Assembly: GCA_964463915.1 (NCBI GenBank)
Contig: CAYXEH010000001.1
Location: forward strand, 3,293 to 67,292
Source: an uncultured Bacteroidales bacterium
GTDB lineage: Bacteria; Bacteroidota; Bacteroidia; Bacteroidales; UBA7960
Reading direction: 5' to 3'
DNA: 64,000 bases
This document shows positions 36,147-45,716 of the stretch, piece by piece. A model generated the notes under the pieces. That model made no database searches and was not told the DNA's origin. It saw nothing but the letters and a program-made list of their open reading frames with translations. Both the position numbers and the translations under genes were made by a program. The stretch's first letter is position 1, and every line of letters begins with the position of its first letter.

Positions 36147-36692
36147 TTACTCAAAATAATCATCTTGCCCTTCTTCCAACTGGTCAGATCCCGAAAGATC
36201 CCCGGGGGCTTCCTCATCATCTTCAAAACGAAAATCATTGTCCGGTTCCACACCCGGCACCTGTTTCGGCGTAGCAGTCAATTCCCGGGGAACACCACCC
36301 TCCTGCCGGGTGATGGCCGGATAAACGGTATTTTTTTCAGCAGGCTGGATTTTTACCATTTCAATGTAAAAGTTCCATTGATTCAGGGAGTCATAGATAA
36401 AAAGCAAGCGCTGATGAGGATCATCAATATAATCCTTCAGAACCGCATCCTGCATAAGTGGCGGGGTCTGACTCTCTTCAGATACGGTATTGGTGTCGGC
36501 CAGCCTGATCTCCTTACGTTTCCTGAAATGATGGTCACAAAGATAGAAGGAAGCCAGCATACCCGGATCAAGCCCCAGGTTTCCCAAAAGTGCCTGGTGA
36601 AAGTCCTCAAAGGTCTGGTCTGCACGCAAAGCGATTTCACGCGAGAAATCGGTCTGATCTTCAAAAGAAATTTTAAACTTATAAATCAGCAT
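36147..36692 (-). CDS. Hypothetical protein with a compact N-terminal domain (possibly pRiA4b ORF-3/MM3350-like) and an acidic C-terminal tail
   Basis: IYKFKISFEDQTDFSREIALRADQTFEDFHQALLGNLGLD..FYLCD resembles the opening pattern of that family from memory only. The tail is FEDDEEAPGDLSGSDQLEEGQDDYFE. Confidence 0.5.
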   Translation of the reverse strand: MLIYKFKISFEDQTDFSREIALRADQTFEDFHQALLGNLGLDPGMLASFYLCDHHFRKRKEIRLADTNTVSEESQTPPLMQDAVLKDYIDDPHQRLLFIYDSLNQWNFYIEMVKIQPAEKNTVYPAITRQEGGVPRELTATPKQVPGVEPDNDFRFEDDEEAPGDLSGSDQLEEGQDDYFE

Positions 36693-36740
36693 AAAGGCGG
36701 ATTTGGTGCCGCTAATATATTACTGCAACAAAGATACGGA

Positions 36741-38183
36741 TTAATTCAACGATTTTTTCAGGCTGAGCCCCATTTTTGCCCCTTCTTCCTCCATTCTGCG
36801 TAAGGCCTCAGTCCTGTCATTGGAAATTTCACCCTCCAGTATCGCTTCCCTGATGGCCGTCTTGATCTCCCCGATTTCCCGGCAGGGGGGCAGCCCGAAG
36901 GCTTCCATGATATCCTCTCCGGATACCGGCGGCTGCCAGTTACGCAACCTGTCTTTTTCTTCAATCTCTTTCAGCTTTTGCCTGACATTTTCAAAATTTT
37001 TCAGGTACCTCTTAACTTTTACAGGGTTCCCAGAGGTTATATCAGCCTCGCATAATGTCATCAGGTCATCAATGTCATCCCCGGCTTCAAAAAGCAGTCT
37101 CCTGACAGCAGAGTCGGTTACGATACTTTCGGTCAGGGCAATGGGCCGGAGGTGAAGCAATACAAGTTTCTGTACATAGCGCATCTTTTCATTCATGGGA
37201 AGTTTCAGACGCCTGAATATCCCTTTCACCATTTTGTGTCCGGCAAACTCATGCCCGTAAAATGTCCACCCAATCTGCGGATCAAACCGCCTGGTGGCCG
37301 GCTTTGCAATGTCATGCAGCAAGGCAGCCCATCTGAGCCACAAATCTTCAGATTTTGCCGCCACATTGTCAAGCACCTGCAGGGTATGGAAAAAATTATC
37401 CTTGTGGCCTTTTCCTTCAATTTCTTCAACCCCGTACAGGGCATCCAGTTCAGGAAAAAAATGCTTCAGCAGCCCGGAAGAACGGAGTTTTTTAATTCCT
37501 TCTCCCGGGAAGGGAGAAAGCATGATCTTATTAAATTCATCCATCACCCTTTCAACCGATACAATAGAAATGCGCCCGGCATGACGCTGAATGGACTCAT
37601 ATGAAGAAGGATCCACAAAAAAGCCCAGCTGGGCTGAAAAGCGAATGGCCCGCATCATACGCAAAGGATCATCGGAATAGGTCACATCGGGGTTCAACGG
37701 TGTCCGGATGCAACGTTCAAGAATATCCTGCATTCCGTTAAAAGGATCCAGCATATTTCCAAAATCATTCCTGTTAAGGCTCAATGCCATGGCATTGATG
37801 GTAAAATCACGTCGTCGCATATCATCCTCCAGGCTACCATCTTCCACAATGGGTTTGCGGGAGCTGGCGCGATAAGATTCTTTCCGTGCCCCTACAAATT
37901 CAACCTGCCATTCGCCGTACCTTAGCATGGCCGTTCCGAAATTCTTGAAAATCTTAAGTTTACCTGTCTTGTTCAGCTTTTCAGCCACCCTTTTGGCTAC
38001 ATCCACCCCACTTCCGGCCACTACAATATCAATGTCGGTTGAAGGCCTCTTCAGAATCAGGTCCCGAACCCACCCCCCGATCACATAGGAGGATACGCCC
38101 AGTTCTTCCGAGACCTCAGCAACCAACTGGAAGATCTTATTGTTTAGTTTTTCTTTCGGGAAAAAGTATGGTTGATCAGGCAC
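36741..38183 (-). CDS. cca: CCA-adding tRNA nucleotidyltransferase / poly(A) polymerase family protein with HD domain
   Basis: GGWVRDLIL, TDIDIVV, RRDFTINAMA, DPLRMMRAIRF, HD region LLHDIAKP. GTG start. Confidence 0.85.
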   Translation of the reverse strand: MPDQPYFFPKEKLNNKIFQLVAEVSEELGVSSYVIGGWVRDLILKRPSTDIDIVVAGSGVDVAKRVAEKLNKTGKLKIFKNFGTAMLRYGEWQVEFVGARKESYRASSRKPIVEDGSLEDDMRRRDFTINAMALSLNRNDFGNMLDPFNGMQDILERCIRTPLNPDVTYSDDPLRMMRAIRFSAQLGFFVDPSSYESIQRHAGRISIVSVERVMDEFNKIMLSPFPGEGIKKLRSSGLLKHFFPELDALYGVEEIEGKGHKDNFFHTLQVLDNVAAKSEDLWLRWAALLHDIAKPATRRFDPQIGWTFYGHEFAGHKMVKGIFRRLKLPMNEKMRYVQKLVLLHLRPIALTESIVTDSAVRRLLFEAGDDIDDLMTLCEADITSGNPVKVKRYLKNFENVRQKLKEIEEKDRLRNWQPPVSGEDIMEAFGLPPCREIGEIKTAIREAILEGEISNDRTEALRRMEEEGAKMGLSLKKSLN

Positions 38184-38193
38184 AGGGATAATT

Positions 38194-38766
38194 TTAATTT
38201 CTCAGAATATGCATTTCTCCGGTTTCGTCAATCCTGACAATTGAAGAAGGCTTGGGACGACTGATGGTGTCCTGTTCCAGTGGTACAATAAAATCCACCT
38301 CCTTTTTTATTTCCTGGCTGATGACCCTGTAAGAATGCGGGTTGGGTGCCCCACTCACATTGGCTGAAGTAGAAGTTACAGGGCGCCCGAAAGCATGAAG
38401 CAGCTTCTGACAGAATTGATGATTGGGAATACGGATGGCAATGGAACCGTCTTGAGCCATCAAATTTTTTGGCAAATTGCAGGCTTCAGGATAAATTACC
38501 GTTAACGGTTCAGACACACTGCTGATCAGTTCAACCACAATCTCGGGAACCTCCTTTACATATTTCTGTAGCATATTCAGGTCACTCACCAGAATAATCA
38601 GTGATTTATCCAGCAGCCTCTCCTTAATCCGGTAGACCTTCTCAACTGCCCGTGAATTGGTGGCATCACAACCTATCCCCCATATGGTATCCGTGGGATA
38701 TAAAATTGTGCCGCCTCCCTTTAGCACGTCCACCACCTTATTTATGTCAAATTCCTGGTTATGCAT
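38194..38766 (-). CDS. tsaC: L-threonylcarbamoyladenylate synthase (YrdC/Sua5 family)
   Basis: GGTILYPTDTIWGIGCDA, VTSTSANVSG. ATG at 38766; the track TTG is at 38775. Confidence 0.88.
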   Translation of the reverse strand: MHNQEFDINKVVDVLKGGGTILYPTDTIWGIGCDATNSRAVEKVYRIKERLLDKSLIILVSDLNMLQKYVKEVPEIVVELISSVSEPLTVIYPEACNLPKNLMAQDGSIAIRIPNHQFCQKLLHAFGRPVTSTSANVSGAPNPHSYRVISQEIKKEVDFIVPLEQDTISRPKPSSIVRIDETGEMHILRN

Positions 38767-38881
38767 CTTAATCAATCAAATTAGCAACAGGTAAGAATCA
38801 ATGCCCTGTAAAAACCTGTCAAAAATCCATATAGTTATCTACCATTAAACATATTCAATTGTTGTGCCAAACCATCCATTT

Positions 38882-39724
38882 TCAAGGATAATTTTCCGGC
38901 ATATGTCCTGTCACCCCATTTTTTGTCCAGGTCAGCCCCTTCTTCTTTACCTCCCTGCGAATGGCCTTGTTCTTCCTGATAACTGATAATTGCTTGTACG
39001 GTCTCTGATGATCAAGGTGTACACAAATGGCACTGTAGCGAATCTGACGGCCAGTTACCCCGGCATTCATCAATCGCTCTCCAAGCTCCCTGTCCAGACC
39101 TCCATACATCATTTCTTCATTGTAACCGTTCACTTTTATGATATCTGCCTTCCAGCCACTGACATTATGTCCGTTCCAGGTGGCCCGGGTGGGGGTGATC
39201 CTGTTCAAGAGATCCGCTATTGCGGGATTGCGAACCAGTTTCATCAACTTACTGCTCATTGGCTGTCCCATTTTCAGCAGCCAGCGGAAATTAAAAGGTC
39301 TTTGGGCATCCACATCCTGACTGGTAATTGCTTCGGAAACCTTCCTGTTTAGTTTGATATTTCCTCCGCTCAGAAAAAACCCTTTACGAAGGCTGCGAAG
39401 GTGCTTTTCAACAAAGTCAGCCCGGGGAATACAATCACCATCGCTGAAGATCAAATAATCCGCATTTGTTTCCAGAATGGCCTGGTTCAGAATCCGGCAT
39501 TTCCGGAAGCCTTTATCCGGATGCCAGGTATGATAAAGGTTTAATGCACTGTTTTCCTGGTAATACCTGATCATTTCAGCTGTTTCCTCTCCTGATCCGT
39601 CATCCGCAATGATTAAATCAAATGCCCGGAAAGTTTGCTTCATATAGCCCCACAATACCTTTTCCAGCCAACGGGGTTGATTGTAGGTGCTTAAAATTAC
39701 TGCAACTTCGGGCAGACGCTTCAT
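38882..39724 (-). CDS. Family 2 glycosyltransferase
   Basis: VAVILSTYNQPRWLEKVL, LIIADDGSGEET, IFSDGDCIP (DxD). Confidence 0.82.
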   Translation of the reverse strand: MKRLPEVAVILSTYNQPRWLEKVLWGYMKQTFRAFDLIIADDGSGEETAEMIRYYQENSALNLYHTWHPDKGFRKCRILNQAILETNADYLIFSDGDCIPRADFVEKHLRSLRKGFFLSGGNIKLNRKVSEAITSQDVDAQRPFNFRWLLKMGQPMSSKLMKLVRNPAIADLLNRITPTRATWNGHNVSGWKADIIKVNGYNEEMMYGGLDRELGERLMNAGVTGRQIRYSAICVHLDHQRPYKQLSVIRKNKAIRREVKKKGLTWTKNGVTGHMPENYP

Positions 39725-40494
39725 ATCCCTTCCTCCTGCTTATTTTTAAGAATCAACTGTCGCAGCCTGGCATATTTCTGAAAACACAAAAAAGCAGCAT
39801 GCCGGCTCACGACCAGCCCCATATAACCATCCATAAACCCGTGTTTTACAAGGTAGTACTGAATAAAACGCCACACGGGTTTATAGAAAACCTTCCAGGA
39901 TGAGCAGGAAGCTCCCCCTTCATAGGCCTCTCTGGCAGCAATACTGCTGAAACGATTAATGGTTTCCACATGCTCTTCCAGTGAATCACACATATAATGA
40001 AGCAAATCGCCCTTAAGAAAACCCGTGGAGGCTTCTGCATTTAACTCAACCCTGTCGTGGGGGTTCACTCCACCCCACTTCCCCTTTCGCCGGTCAAACA
40101 GCCTGAGCTTTCTGTCAGGATAGTAATTTGTGTGGCGCATCCATTTACCGCAAAACCTGTTCAACCGGTTAAAGCGATAAGCATCGTGTGTCCATTGATC
40201 TTTAATCTCTAAGATGGAGGAAGCCAGTTTATCCGATAAAGCTTCGTCCGCATCCAAAGACAATACATGATCGTAAGAGGCCAGGCCAAGTGCAAAATTC
40301 TTCTGTTCTACATACCCCAGAAATGGTTGGGTTAAAAACCTTACTCCCAGTGATTTGCATATTTCCGGGGTACGGTCTGACGAACAGGAATCAACCACCA
40401 CTATTTCATCAGCAACCGGCTGAACTGACCGGATGCAACGTTCAATATGTTTTTCTTCATTAAGGGTGATGATGACCCCGGAAACAGAAGGCAT
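39721..40494 (-). CDS. Family 2 glycosyltransferase (LPS-core type)
   Basis: VSGVIITLNEEKHIERCIRSV, EIVVVDSCSSDRT, SLDADE. Start chosen at MPSVSGV (40494). The stop overlaps the downstream GT2 start (ATGA). Confidence 0.82.
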   Translation of the reverse strand: MPSVSGVIITLNEEKHIERCIRSVQPVADEIVVVDSCSSDRTPEICKSLGVRFLTQPFLGYVEQKNFALGLASYDHVLSLDADEALSDKLASSILEIKDQWTHDAYRFNRLNRFCGKWMRHTNYYPDRKLRLFDRRKGKWGGVNPHDRVELNAEASTGFLKGDLLHYMCDSLEEHVETINRFSSIAAREAYEGGASCSSWKVFYKPVWRFIQYYLVKHGFMDGYMGLVVSRHAAFLCFQKYARLRQLILKNKQEEGI

Positions 40495-40531
40495 ATCCGC
40501 TCTTTTTGAAGCAAATGTAAGATATTTTTCA

Positions 40532-41347
40532 CTAGACTGCCACCTGATGGTTCCGCAAGGCCTCATTCAGGCTGGTCTTACGGTCAGTACTTGCTTTTCG
40601 TTTGCCGATGATCAGGGCACAGGGAACCTGGTAGGTTCCTGCAGGAAACTGTTTGGGCATACTTCCCGGAATCACCACCGCACGCTCCGGCACATATCCC
40701 TGATATTCCACGGGCTCCGAACCACTCACATCAATAATCCGCGTGGAGCCGGTCAGTACCACGTTGGCTCCCAGCACAGCCTCTTTCTTCACATGCACCC
40801 CCTCTACTACAATGCAGCGGGAGCCAATAAAGCAATTATCTTCAATGATTACCGGAGCAGCCTGAACGGGCTCAAGGACACCACCAATACCAACTCCGCC
40901 GCTCAGATGAACTCCCTTCCCTATCTGGGCACAGGAACCAACTGTTGCCCAAGTATCTACCATACTGCCACGTCCCACATAAGCACCAATATTCACATAA
41001 GAGGGCATCATAATCACATCCGGAGCAAGATAGGCCCCGTGACGGGCAATGGCATGGGGAACAACACGCACACCTAGCTTTTTATAACCCTTTTTCAGGG
41101 GCATCTTGTCATGAAACTCAAAGGGGCCCACCTCAATGGTTTCCATTTTTCTGATGGGGAAATACAATATGACCGCCTTTTTAACCCAATCGTTGACCAG
41201 CCACTGGTCTGCCGCAGGGGCAGCCACCCTGAGCCGGCCCGTGTCAAGCAGATTGATCACCTTCCCGATTGTTTCGCGTACCTTTTCCTGCTGAAGCAAC
41301 TCCCGGTTCTCCCAGGCTTCTTCAATGATCTTTTTCAATTCATCCAT
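40532..41347 (-). CDS. dapD: Tetrahydrodipicolinate N-succinyltransferase
   Basis: Hexapeptide-repeat core MMPSYVNIGAYVGRGSMVDTWATVGSCAQIGKGVHLSGGVGIGGVLEP. The start at MDELKKIIEEAW gives about 271 aa. The upstream 131 codons of the track ORF look spurious. Confidence 0.9.
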   Translation of the reverse strand: MDELKKIIEEAWENRELLQQEKVRETIGKVINLLDTGRLRVAAPAADQWLVNDWVKKAVILYFPIRKMETIEVGPFEFHDKMPLKKGYKKLGVRVVPHAIARHGAYLAPDVIMMPSYVNIGAYVGRGSMVDTWATVGSCAQIGKGVHLSGGVGIGGVLEPVQAAPVIIEDNCFIGSRCIVVEGVHVKKEAVLGANVVLTGSTRIIDVSGSEPVEYQGYVPERAVVIPGSMPKQFPAGTYQVPCALIIGKRKASTDRKTSLNEALRNHQVAV

Positions 41348-41494
41348 AGAATATAGAGTGGTTTTATATTTGAAGATGGCTCCCAGGGGCCTGCCTGATA
41401 ATCGATCAACAAAGATATGACTATTTTTGTGCATGTAGTAATGACAGCTGCTCATTTCTCCCGGGCTTTCGTTATCTTTGCAAAAAACTGGCGG

Positions 41495-41923
41495 ATGGGA
41501 CGAATCATGGCCATCGATTACGGAAGAAAACGTGTAGGGATTGCCGTTACGGATGAACTCAGGATTGTGGCAGGCGGATTGACCACGGTACATTCCAAAG
41601 ACGTGATTGATTTCCTGAAAGATTATACCAGCAAAGAGCATGTGGAATGTATTGTGGTTGGCGAACCATTCGACATGCAGCACAACGCCTCTGATGCCTC
41701 CCGTTTTATCGAACCTTTTGTCAAGCACCTTCGTAAACAATTACCTGGGATAACTGTTGAAAGACTGGATGAACGCTTTACCTCAAAGATGGCCCTGCAA
41801 ACCATGATCGATGCCGGACTAAAAAAGAAAGCGAGGCAAAACAAAGCCCTGGTTGACACCATTAGTGCCACCATTTTATTACAGAATTATCTGGAAAAAA
41901 TATCCAATAAATATTCATCATGA
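41495..41923 (+). CDS. ruvX: Holliday-junction resolvase-like / pre-16S rRNA nuclease YqgF
   Basis: MGRIMAIDYGRKRVGIAVTD, VVGEP. Start chosen at 41495; alternative at 41507. Confidence 0.88.
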   Translation: MGRIMAIDYGRKRVGIAVTDELRIVAGGLTTVHSKDVIDFLKDYTSKEHVECIVVGEPFDMQHNASDASRFIEPFVKHLRKQLPGITVERLDERFTSKMALQTMIDAGLKKKARQNKALVDTISATILLQNYLEKISNKYSS

Positions 41924-42486
41924 GTATACTATCCATACGTGCTTACGGAGATCCCGTGCTAAAAAAAAAGGCCGTAGCGGTTAATCCGGAACATCCCGGC
42001 TTAAAAGAACTGATCGATAATATGTGGGAAACCATGTACAAAGCCAGTGGTCTGGGGCTTGCCGCTCCACAGGTAGGAGAAAGCTTACGGATTTTTATCA
42101 TTGATGCCTCTCCTTTCGGGGATGAAGAACCCCAGTTATCAGACTTTAAAAAGGTTTTCCTTAATGCCGAGATGCTGGAAGAATCAGGAAAAACCTGGTC
42201 CTTCAATGAAGGCTGCCTGAGTTTCCCCGGCTTGCGTGAAGATATCAGCCGGCCTCCACATATCCGTATCAGGTATCAGGATGAGGAGTTCAATGAATAC
42301 GAGGAAGAATATACCGGCCTGGCTGCACGGGTTATTCAGCACGAATACGACCACATCGAAGGAACACTGATGGTGGACCGCCTGATGCCCCTGAAGCGCA
42401 CCCTGCTTCGGAAAAAACTAAGCAACATTGCCAAAGGGCTGGTTGATGTGGATTATAAGATGCAATTCCCCCTGAAAAAGAAATGA
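41920..42486 (+). CDS. def: Peptide deformylase
   Basis: GLGLAAPQVG, EGCLSFPG, QHEYDHIEG. The start overlaps the ruvX stop (ATGA). Confidence 0.95.
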   Translation: MSILSIRAYGDPVLKKKAVAVNPEHPGLKELIDNMWETMYKASGLGLAAPQVGESLRIFIIDASPFGDEEPQLSDFKKVFLNAEMLEESGKTWSFNEGCLSFPGLREDISRPPHIRIRYQDEEFNEYEEEYTGLAARVIQHEYDHIEGTLMVDRLMPLKRTLLRKKLSNIAKGLVDVDYKMQFPLKKK

Positions 42487-43709
42487 CCTACCAACAACAC
42501 AGGCTCTCCAACGGCATACGGATTATTCACCGGTACACTGATTCTTATGTGGCTCATTGCGGATTAATGATCAATGCCGGGTCACGTGACGAACAACCTG
42601 AAGAACAGGGCCTGGCACACTTTATTGAGCATGTGATCTTCAAGGGTACTGAAAAGAGAAGAGCCCACCATATTCTGAGCCACATGGAGAATGTGGGAGG
42701 AGAGATCAATGCTTTCACCTCAAAGGAGGAAACCTGTATTTATGGTTCCTTCATGCACCCCTATTACCAAAGATGGTTTGACCTGGTGACTGACATCGTT
42801 TTTCGGTCTGTATTTCCTGAAAAGGAACTAAAGAAAGAAAAAGACATTGTGATTGACGAGATCAATTCCTATAAAGACAATCCTTCAGAGCAAATCGTTG
42901 ATGATTTTGATGAGATCATTTTCGATGGTCACCCCCTGGGAAACAACATTCTCGGCACACCGGCACATCTGAAACATTTTGACGGTGACATGGTCCGGCG
43001 TTATATCCGGAGAAATTATGTGACTGAAGAGATGGTTATTTGTTCAGTAGGACGTATCGGGTTCTCAAGGCTGGTGCAAATGGCTGAAAAATACTTCGGT
43101 GACATCCCGGCTTCTTCCAGGAAATCAGCACGCCAGAAAACAACAGGCTACCATCACAGGCAAAAAGAGGTCAAAAGACACAACCACCAGGCGCATTGTA
43201 TGATCGGCAACCAGGCCTATAGTATGTCACATCCCCGGCATACTGTTATGCTACTGCTGAATAACATTCTCGGAGGACCGGGTATGAATTGTCGTCTGAA
43301 CATGTCCATTAGAGAAAAACATGGTTTTTGTTATCATATTGAAAGCATGTACCAGCCATATTCTGATGCCGGCATTTTCGGAATATATTTCGGAACAGAT
43401 CCGGGCTTTGTAAGTAAAACGGTGCGGCTTGTCAACAAGGAACTCTCCAGGTTGCGTGATCAAAAACTGGGAACCCTGCAGCTCAAACGAGCAAAAAACC
43501 AGATAATCGGGCAGGTGGCCATCGCTTATGAATCAAACCTGAATGAAATGCTTTCGGCCGGAAAAAGTATGTTGCACCTGAATACAATTCACACCCCTGA
43601 AATGATCGGGAGAAAAGTAGACATGATCACTGCCGGAGAACTTATGGAAACAGCCAATGAATTACTTGATCCTGAATGCATGAGTAGGCTGACATATAAA
43701 CCTGCATAA
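42483..43709 (+). CDS. M16 (pitrilysin/insulinase) family zinc peptidase
   Basis: Inverted zinc motif GLAHFIEHVIFKGT (HxxEH), 408 aa. The start overlaps the def stop (ATGA). Confidence 0.88.
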   Translation: MTYQQHRLSNGIRIIHRYTDSYVAHCGLMINAGSRDEQPEEQGLAHFIEHVIFKGTEKRRAHHILSHMENVGGEINAFTSKEETCIYGSFMHPYYQRWFDLVTDIVFRSVFPEKELKKEKDIVIDEINSYKDNPSEQIVDDFDEIIFDGHPLGNNILGTPAHLKHFDGDMVRRYIRRNYVTEEMVICSVGRIGFSRLVQMAEKYFGDIPASSRKSARQKTTGYHHRQKEVKRHNHQAHCMIGNQAYSMSHPRHTVMLLLNNILGGPGMNCRLNMSIREKHGFCYHIESMYQPYSDAGIFGIYFGTDPGFVSKTVRLVNKELSRLRDQKLGTLQLKRAKNQIIGQVAIAYESNLNEMLSAGKSMLHLNTIHTPEMIGRKVDMITAGELMETANELLDPECMSRLTYKPA

Positions 43710-43717
43710 ACTTTTTT

Positions 43718-44359
43718 ATGGAGCTCATCCCTGAATTTATTGAAGATTATGCCTCCGCCTTCAGCGATGCTGAACCGGAAGTACTAAAAAAGTTAAACCG
43801 GGACACCCGCGCAAAAGTACTGCAATCCAGGATGCTGTCAGGTCATCTGCAGGGTCGCCTGCTTTCATTTATCAGCCGGATGATAAAACCCACCCGAATT
43901 CTCGAGATCGGCACCTATACAGGTTACTCAGCCCTGTGTCTGGCTGAAGGTCTCACGAAAACGGGGAAACTACACACCATCGACCACAATCCTGAGCTGG
44001 AAGATTTCGCGGCAGTGTATTTTGAAATGGCAGGTATGGATTCCCGGATTGTCCAGCATGTGGGTGAGGCCATTGATGTGATTCCTTCACTGAAAGAATC
44101 TTTTGACCTTGTGTTTCTGGATGCCGACAAAAAAAATTATGTGCGTTATTTTGAGCTCATATTACCTAAATTACCCAAAGGAGGTGTAGTTCTGGCTGAC
44201 AATGTGTTATGGAGCGGCAAAGTAGTTGAGCCGCCGGACGAAAAGGATGAGGAAGCCATGGGCATTGTCCGTTTCAATCAACACGTGCGGGATCATAAGG
44301 GGGTCCGTCAACTGCTTTTACCCCTGCGTGACGGTCTGATGGTCATTGAGAAAATCTGA
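43718..44359 (+). CDS. Class I SAM-dependent O-methyltransferase (family 3, caffeoyl-CoA OMT/YrrM-like)
   Basis: ILEIGTYTGYSALCLA, FLDADKKNY, GGVVLADNVLW. Confidence 0.85.
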   Translation: MELIPEFIEDYASAFSDAEPEVLKKLNRDTRAKVLQSRMLSGHLQGRLLSFISRMIKPTRILEIGTYTGYSALCLAEGLTKTGKLHTIDHNPELEDFAAVYFEMAGMDSRIVQHVGEAIDVIPSLKESFDLVFLDADKKNYVRYFELILPKLPKGGVVLADNVLWSGKVVEPPDEKDEEAMGIVRFNQHVRDHKGVRQLLLPLRDGLMVIEKI

Positions 44360-44363
44360 GAAT

Positions 44364-44394
44364 AAAACCCCGTAAATGATTTATGGGTTTTTCT
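44364..44394 (+). terminator. Rho-independent terminator after the O-methyltransferase gene
   Basis: aaaaccccgtaaa / tttatgggttttt stem with one mismatch and one G-T pair, a short loop, and a trailing T-run. Confidence 0.65.
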
Positions 44395-44432
44395 ACGTAA
44401 CGGACTGAGGATCACAGGGAAAACCGGAGAGT

Positions 44433-45560
44433 CTAATCCAGGAATAAATCCTGCAGACTGGTACTCACAGATAAGTGGTTTGGGGCTCCGGCCAGGTGGT
44501 AATTGGATCGACCATAATTAATCCGGAATCGGGAGATCTGCATACCAAACCCCCACGAAAAACCCACCGTAGAAAGCCTGGTGTCTACCTTCATTTCCTG
44601 CCTGCGCCTGTAATTATATCCAATTCTGAAAGTAAAATTCTCACCTGGAATAAACTCCACGCCTGCCACCAGGTGTCGCATCAGGTTATCTCCCAGGTCT
44701 CCGATCTGTTCATTCACCCCCTTGTCTTCCTCTTCCTGCTGGTTATCAAACATTCCAGGCAACAGCACCGGAGAATCATATGTAAGGTTATAGTTATGCA
44801 AATTATTAGCCACAAGCGAAAAACGGAACGGTGCATTGGCCAGTTCCTTTGACACCCCCAGCACCAGGTCAAACGGAAGCGGCTCCCGGCTGCCGTCATG
44901 ATAATAGGTCAGTTGCCGGCCTGCATTTCTTGCCACCAGAGATGCAGCCAATTGTTGTTCGGGATTGAAATAGGCTACGGAAACATCCACTGCTACACCA
45001 AATGACGAGTAATCATGAAAAGAGGAATAGATCAGTTTCATATTGCTCCCAATGGAAAAGTTCTCGCTCAGCGGACGCCCCCAGCCAACCTGGAAACTAT
45101 ACTCCCCGGCGGAAAACTGTCCGGTTACCTGTCCTGTATGGTTTGCTTCCACAAAAGAGCCATAGTTGATATATTGCAAGGAACCGCTGAATTGCCCCAG
45201 ACCCTCAAAAAACCGGGTAAAGGCAACTGTCCCGTAATTAATGTCATCAAAATAATCCACGAAATTCAGAGAAAGATGATTGTCCATTTCCCGGTTCAAA
45301 AGTGCAGGAATGTGCAGGGCCATTCCAGGATCATTGTCAAGGGCTGGAAATGCATGGCCTCCCGAGGCAGTGATTCTTGCTGTAGAAGAAAGACCAAGGA
45401 ATTCATACACCCGGCCGCTCTGCCTCTGTGCCGCAGCATCCGATGGCAATACCAGGAACAGAACCATCAGGCAAAATATGTGGGATAAGGTCTTCAAATG
45501 AACAGGATATAATATAATGCGACAATACAAAAACGATAACTCCCTGCAAATATTTTTCAT
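44433..45560 (-). CDS. Outer-membrane beta-barrel protein, PorQ-like (type IX secretion associated)
   Basis: Signal-like MVLFLVLPSDAAAQ followed by YEFLGLSSTARITASGG, which matches my memory of PorQ N-termini. The rest has alternating beta-strand character and ends in an aromatic-rich strand. The start is uncertain (45560 or 45467). The track start at 45653 lies inside a DNA tandem repeat. Confidence 0.55.
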   Translation of the reverse strand: MKNICRELSFLYCRIILYPVHLKTLSHIFCLMVLFLVLPSDAAAQRQSGRVYEFLGLSSTARITASGGHAFPALDNDPGMALHIPALLNREMDNHLSLNFVDYFDDINYGTVAFTRFFEGLGQFSGSLQYINYGSFVEANHTGQVTGQFSAGEYSFQVGWGRPLSENFSIGSNMKLIYSSFHDYSSFGVAVDVSVAYFNPEQQLAASLVARNAGRQLTYYHDGSREPLPFDLVLGVSKELANAPFRFSLVANNLHNYNLTYDSPVLLPGMFDNQQEEEDKGVNEQIGDLGDNLMRHLVAGVEFIPGENFTFRIGYNYRRRQEMKVDTRLSTVGFSWGFGMQISRFRINYGRSNYHLAGAPNHLSVSTSLQDLFLD

Positions 45561-45716
45561 CCGGGGCATCTCGCTGACCTCCGGGGCACCTTGTTGACAT
45601 TCCGGCGGCATTTTGCTGACCTCCGGGGCATCTTGTTGACATTCCGGCGGCATTTTGCTGACCTCCGATGGGATTTTACTGGCTTCCGGGAGTCTCTTGC
45701 TAACTTCCGGGGGATC
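45561..45716. repeat. Tandem array of about 7.5 units of 21 bp filling the coaE to PorQ-like spacer
   Basis: Units begin with ccgg: ccggggca[c/t]cttgttgacatt / ccggcggcattttgctgacct. The 42-bp block 45581-45622 is repeated at 45623-45664 with a single mismatch. Degenerate units continue to 45716. Confidence 0.9.

Noticed and set aside
41348-41740. A 131-codon N-terminal extension of the dapD ORF, and the first 26 codons of the ruvX ORF on the opposite strand (41417-41494).
   Set aside because: DapD homologues begin at the MDELKK-type helix, giving about 271 aa. RuvX homologues begin M.RI.AIDYG. The extensions overlap each other in the divergent promoter region and carry no motifs.
45561-45653. 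An N-terminal extension of the PorQ-like ORF, with MPPECQQxAPEVSx repeated twice.
   Set aside because: The apparent peptide repeat is a by-product of the 42-bp DNA duplication. A signal-peptide-like segment begins only downstream, so the real start is most likely at 45560 or 45467.
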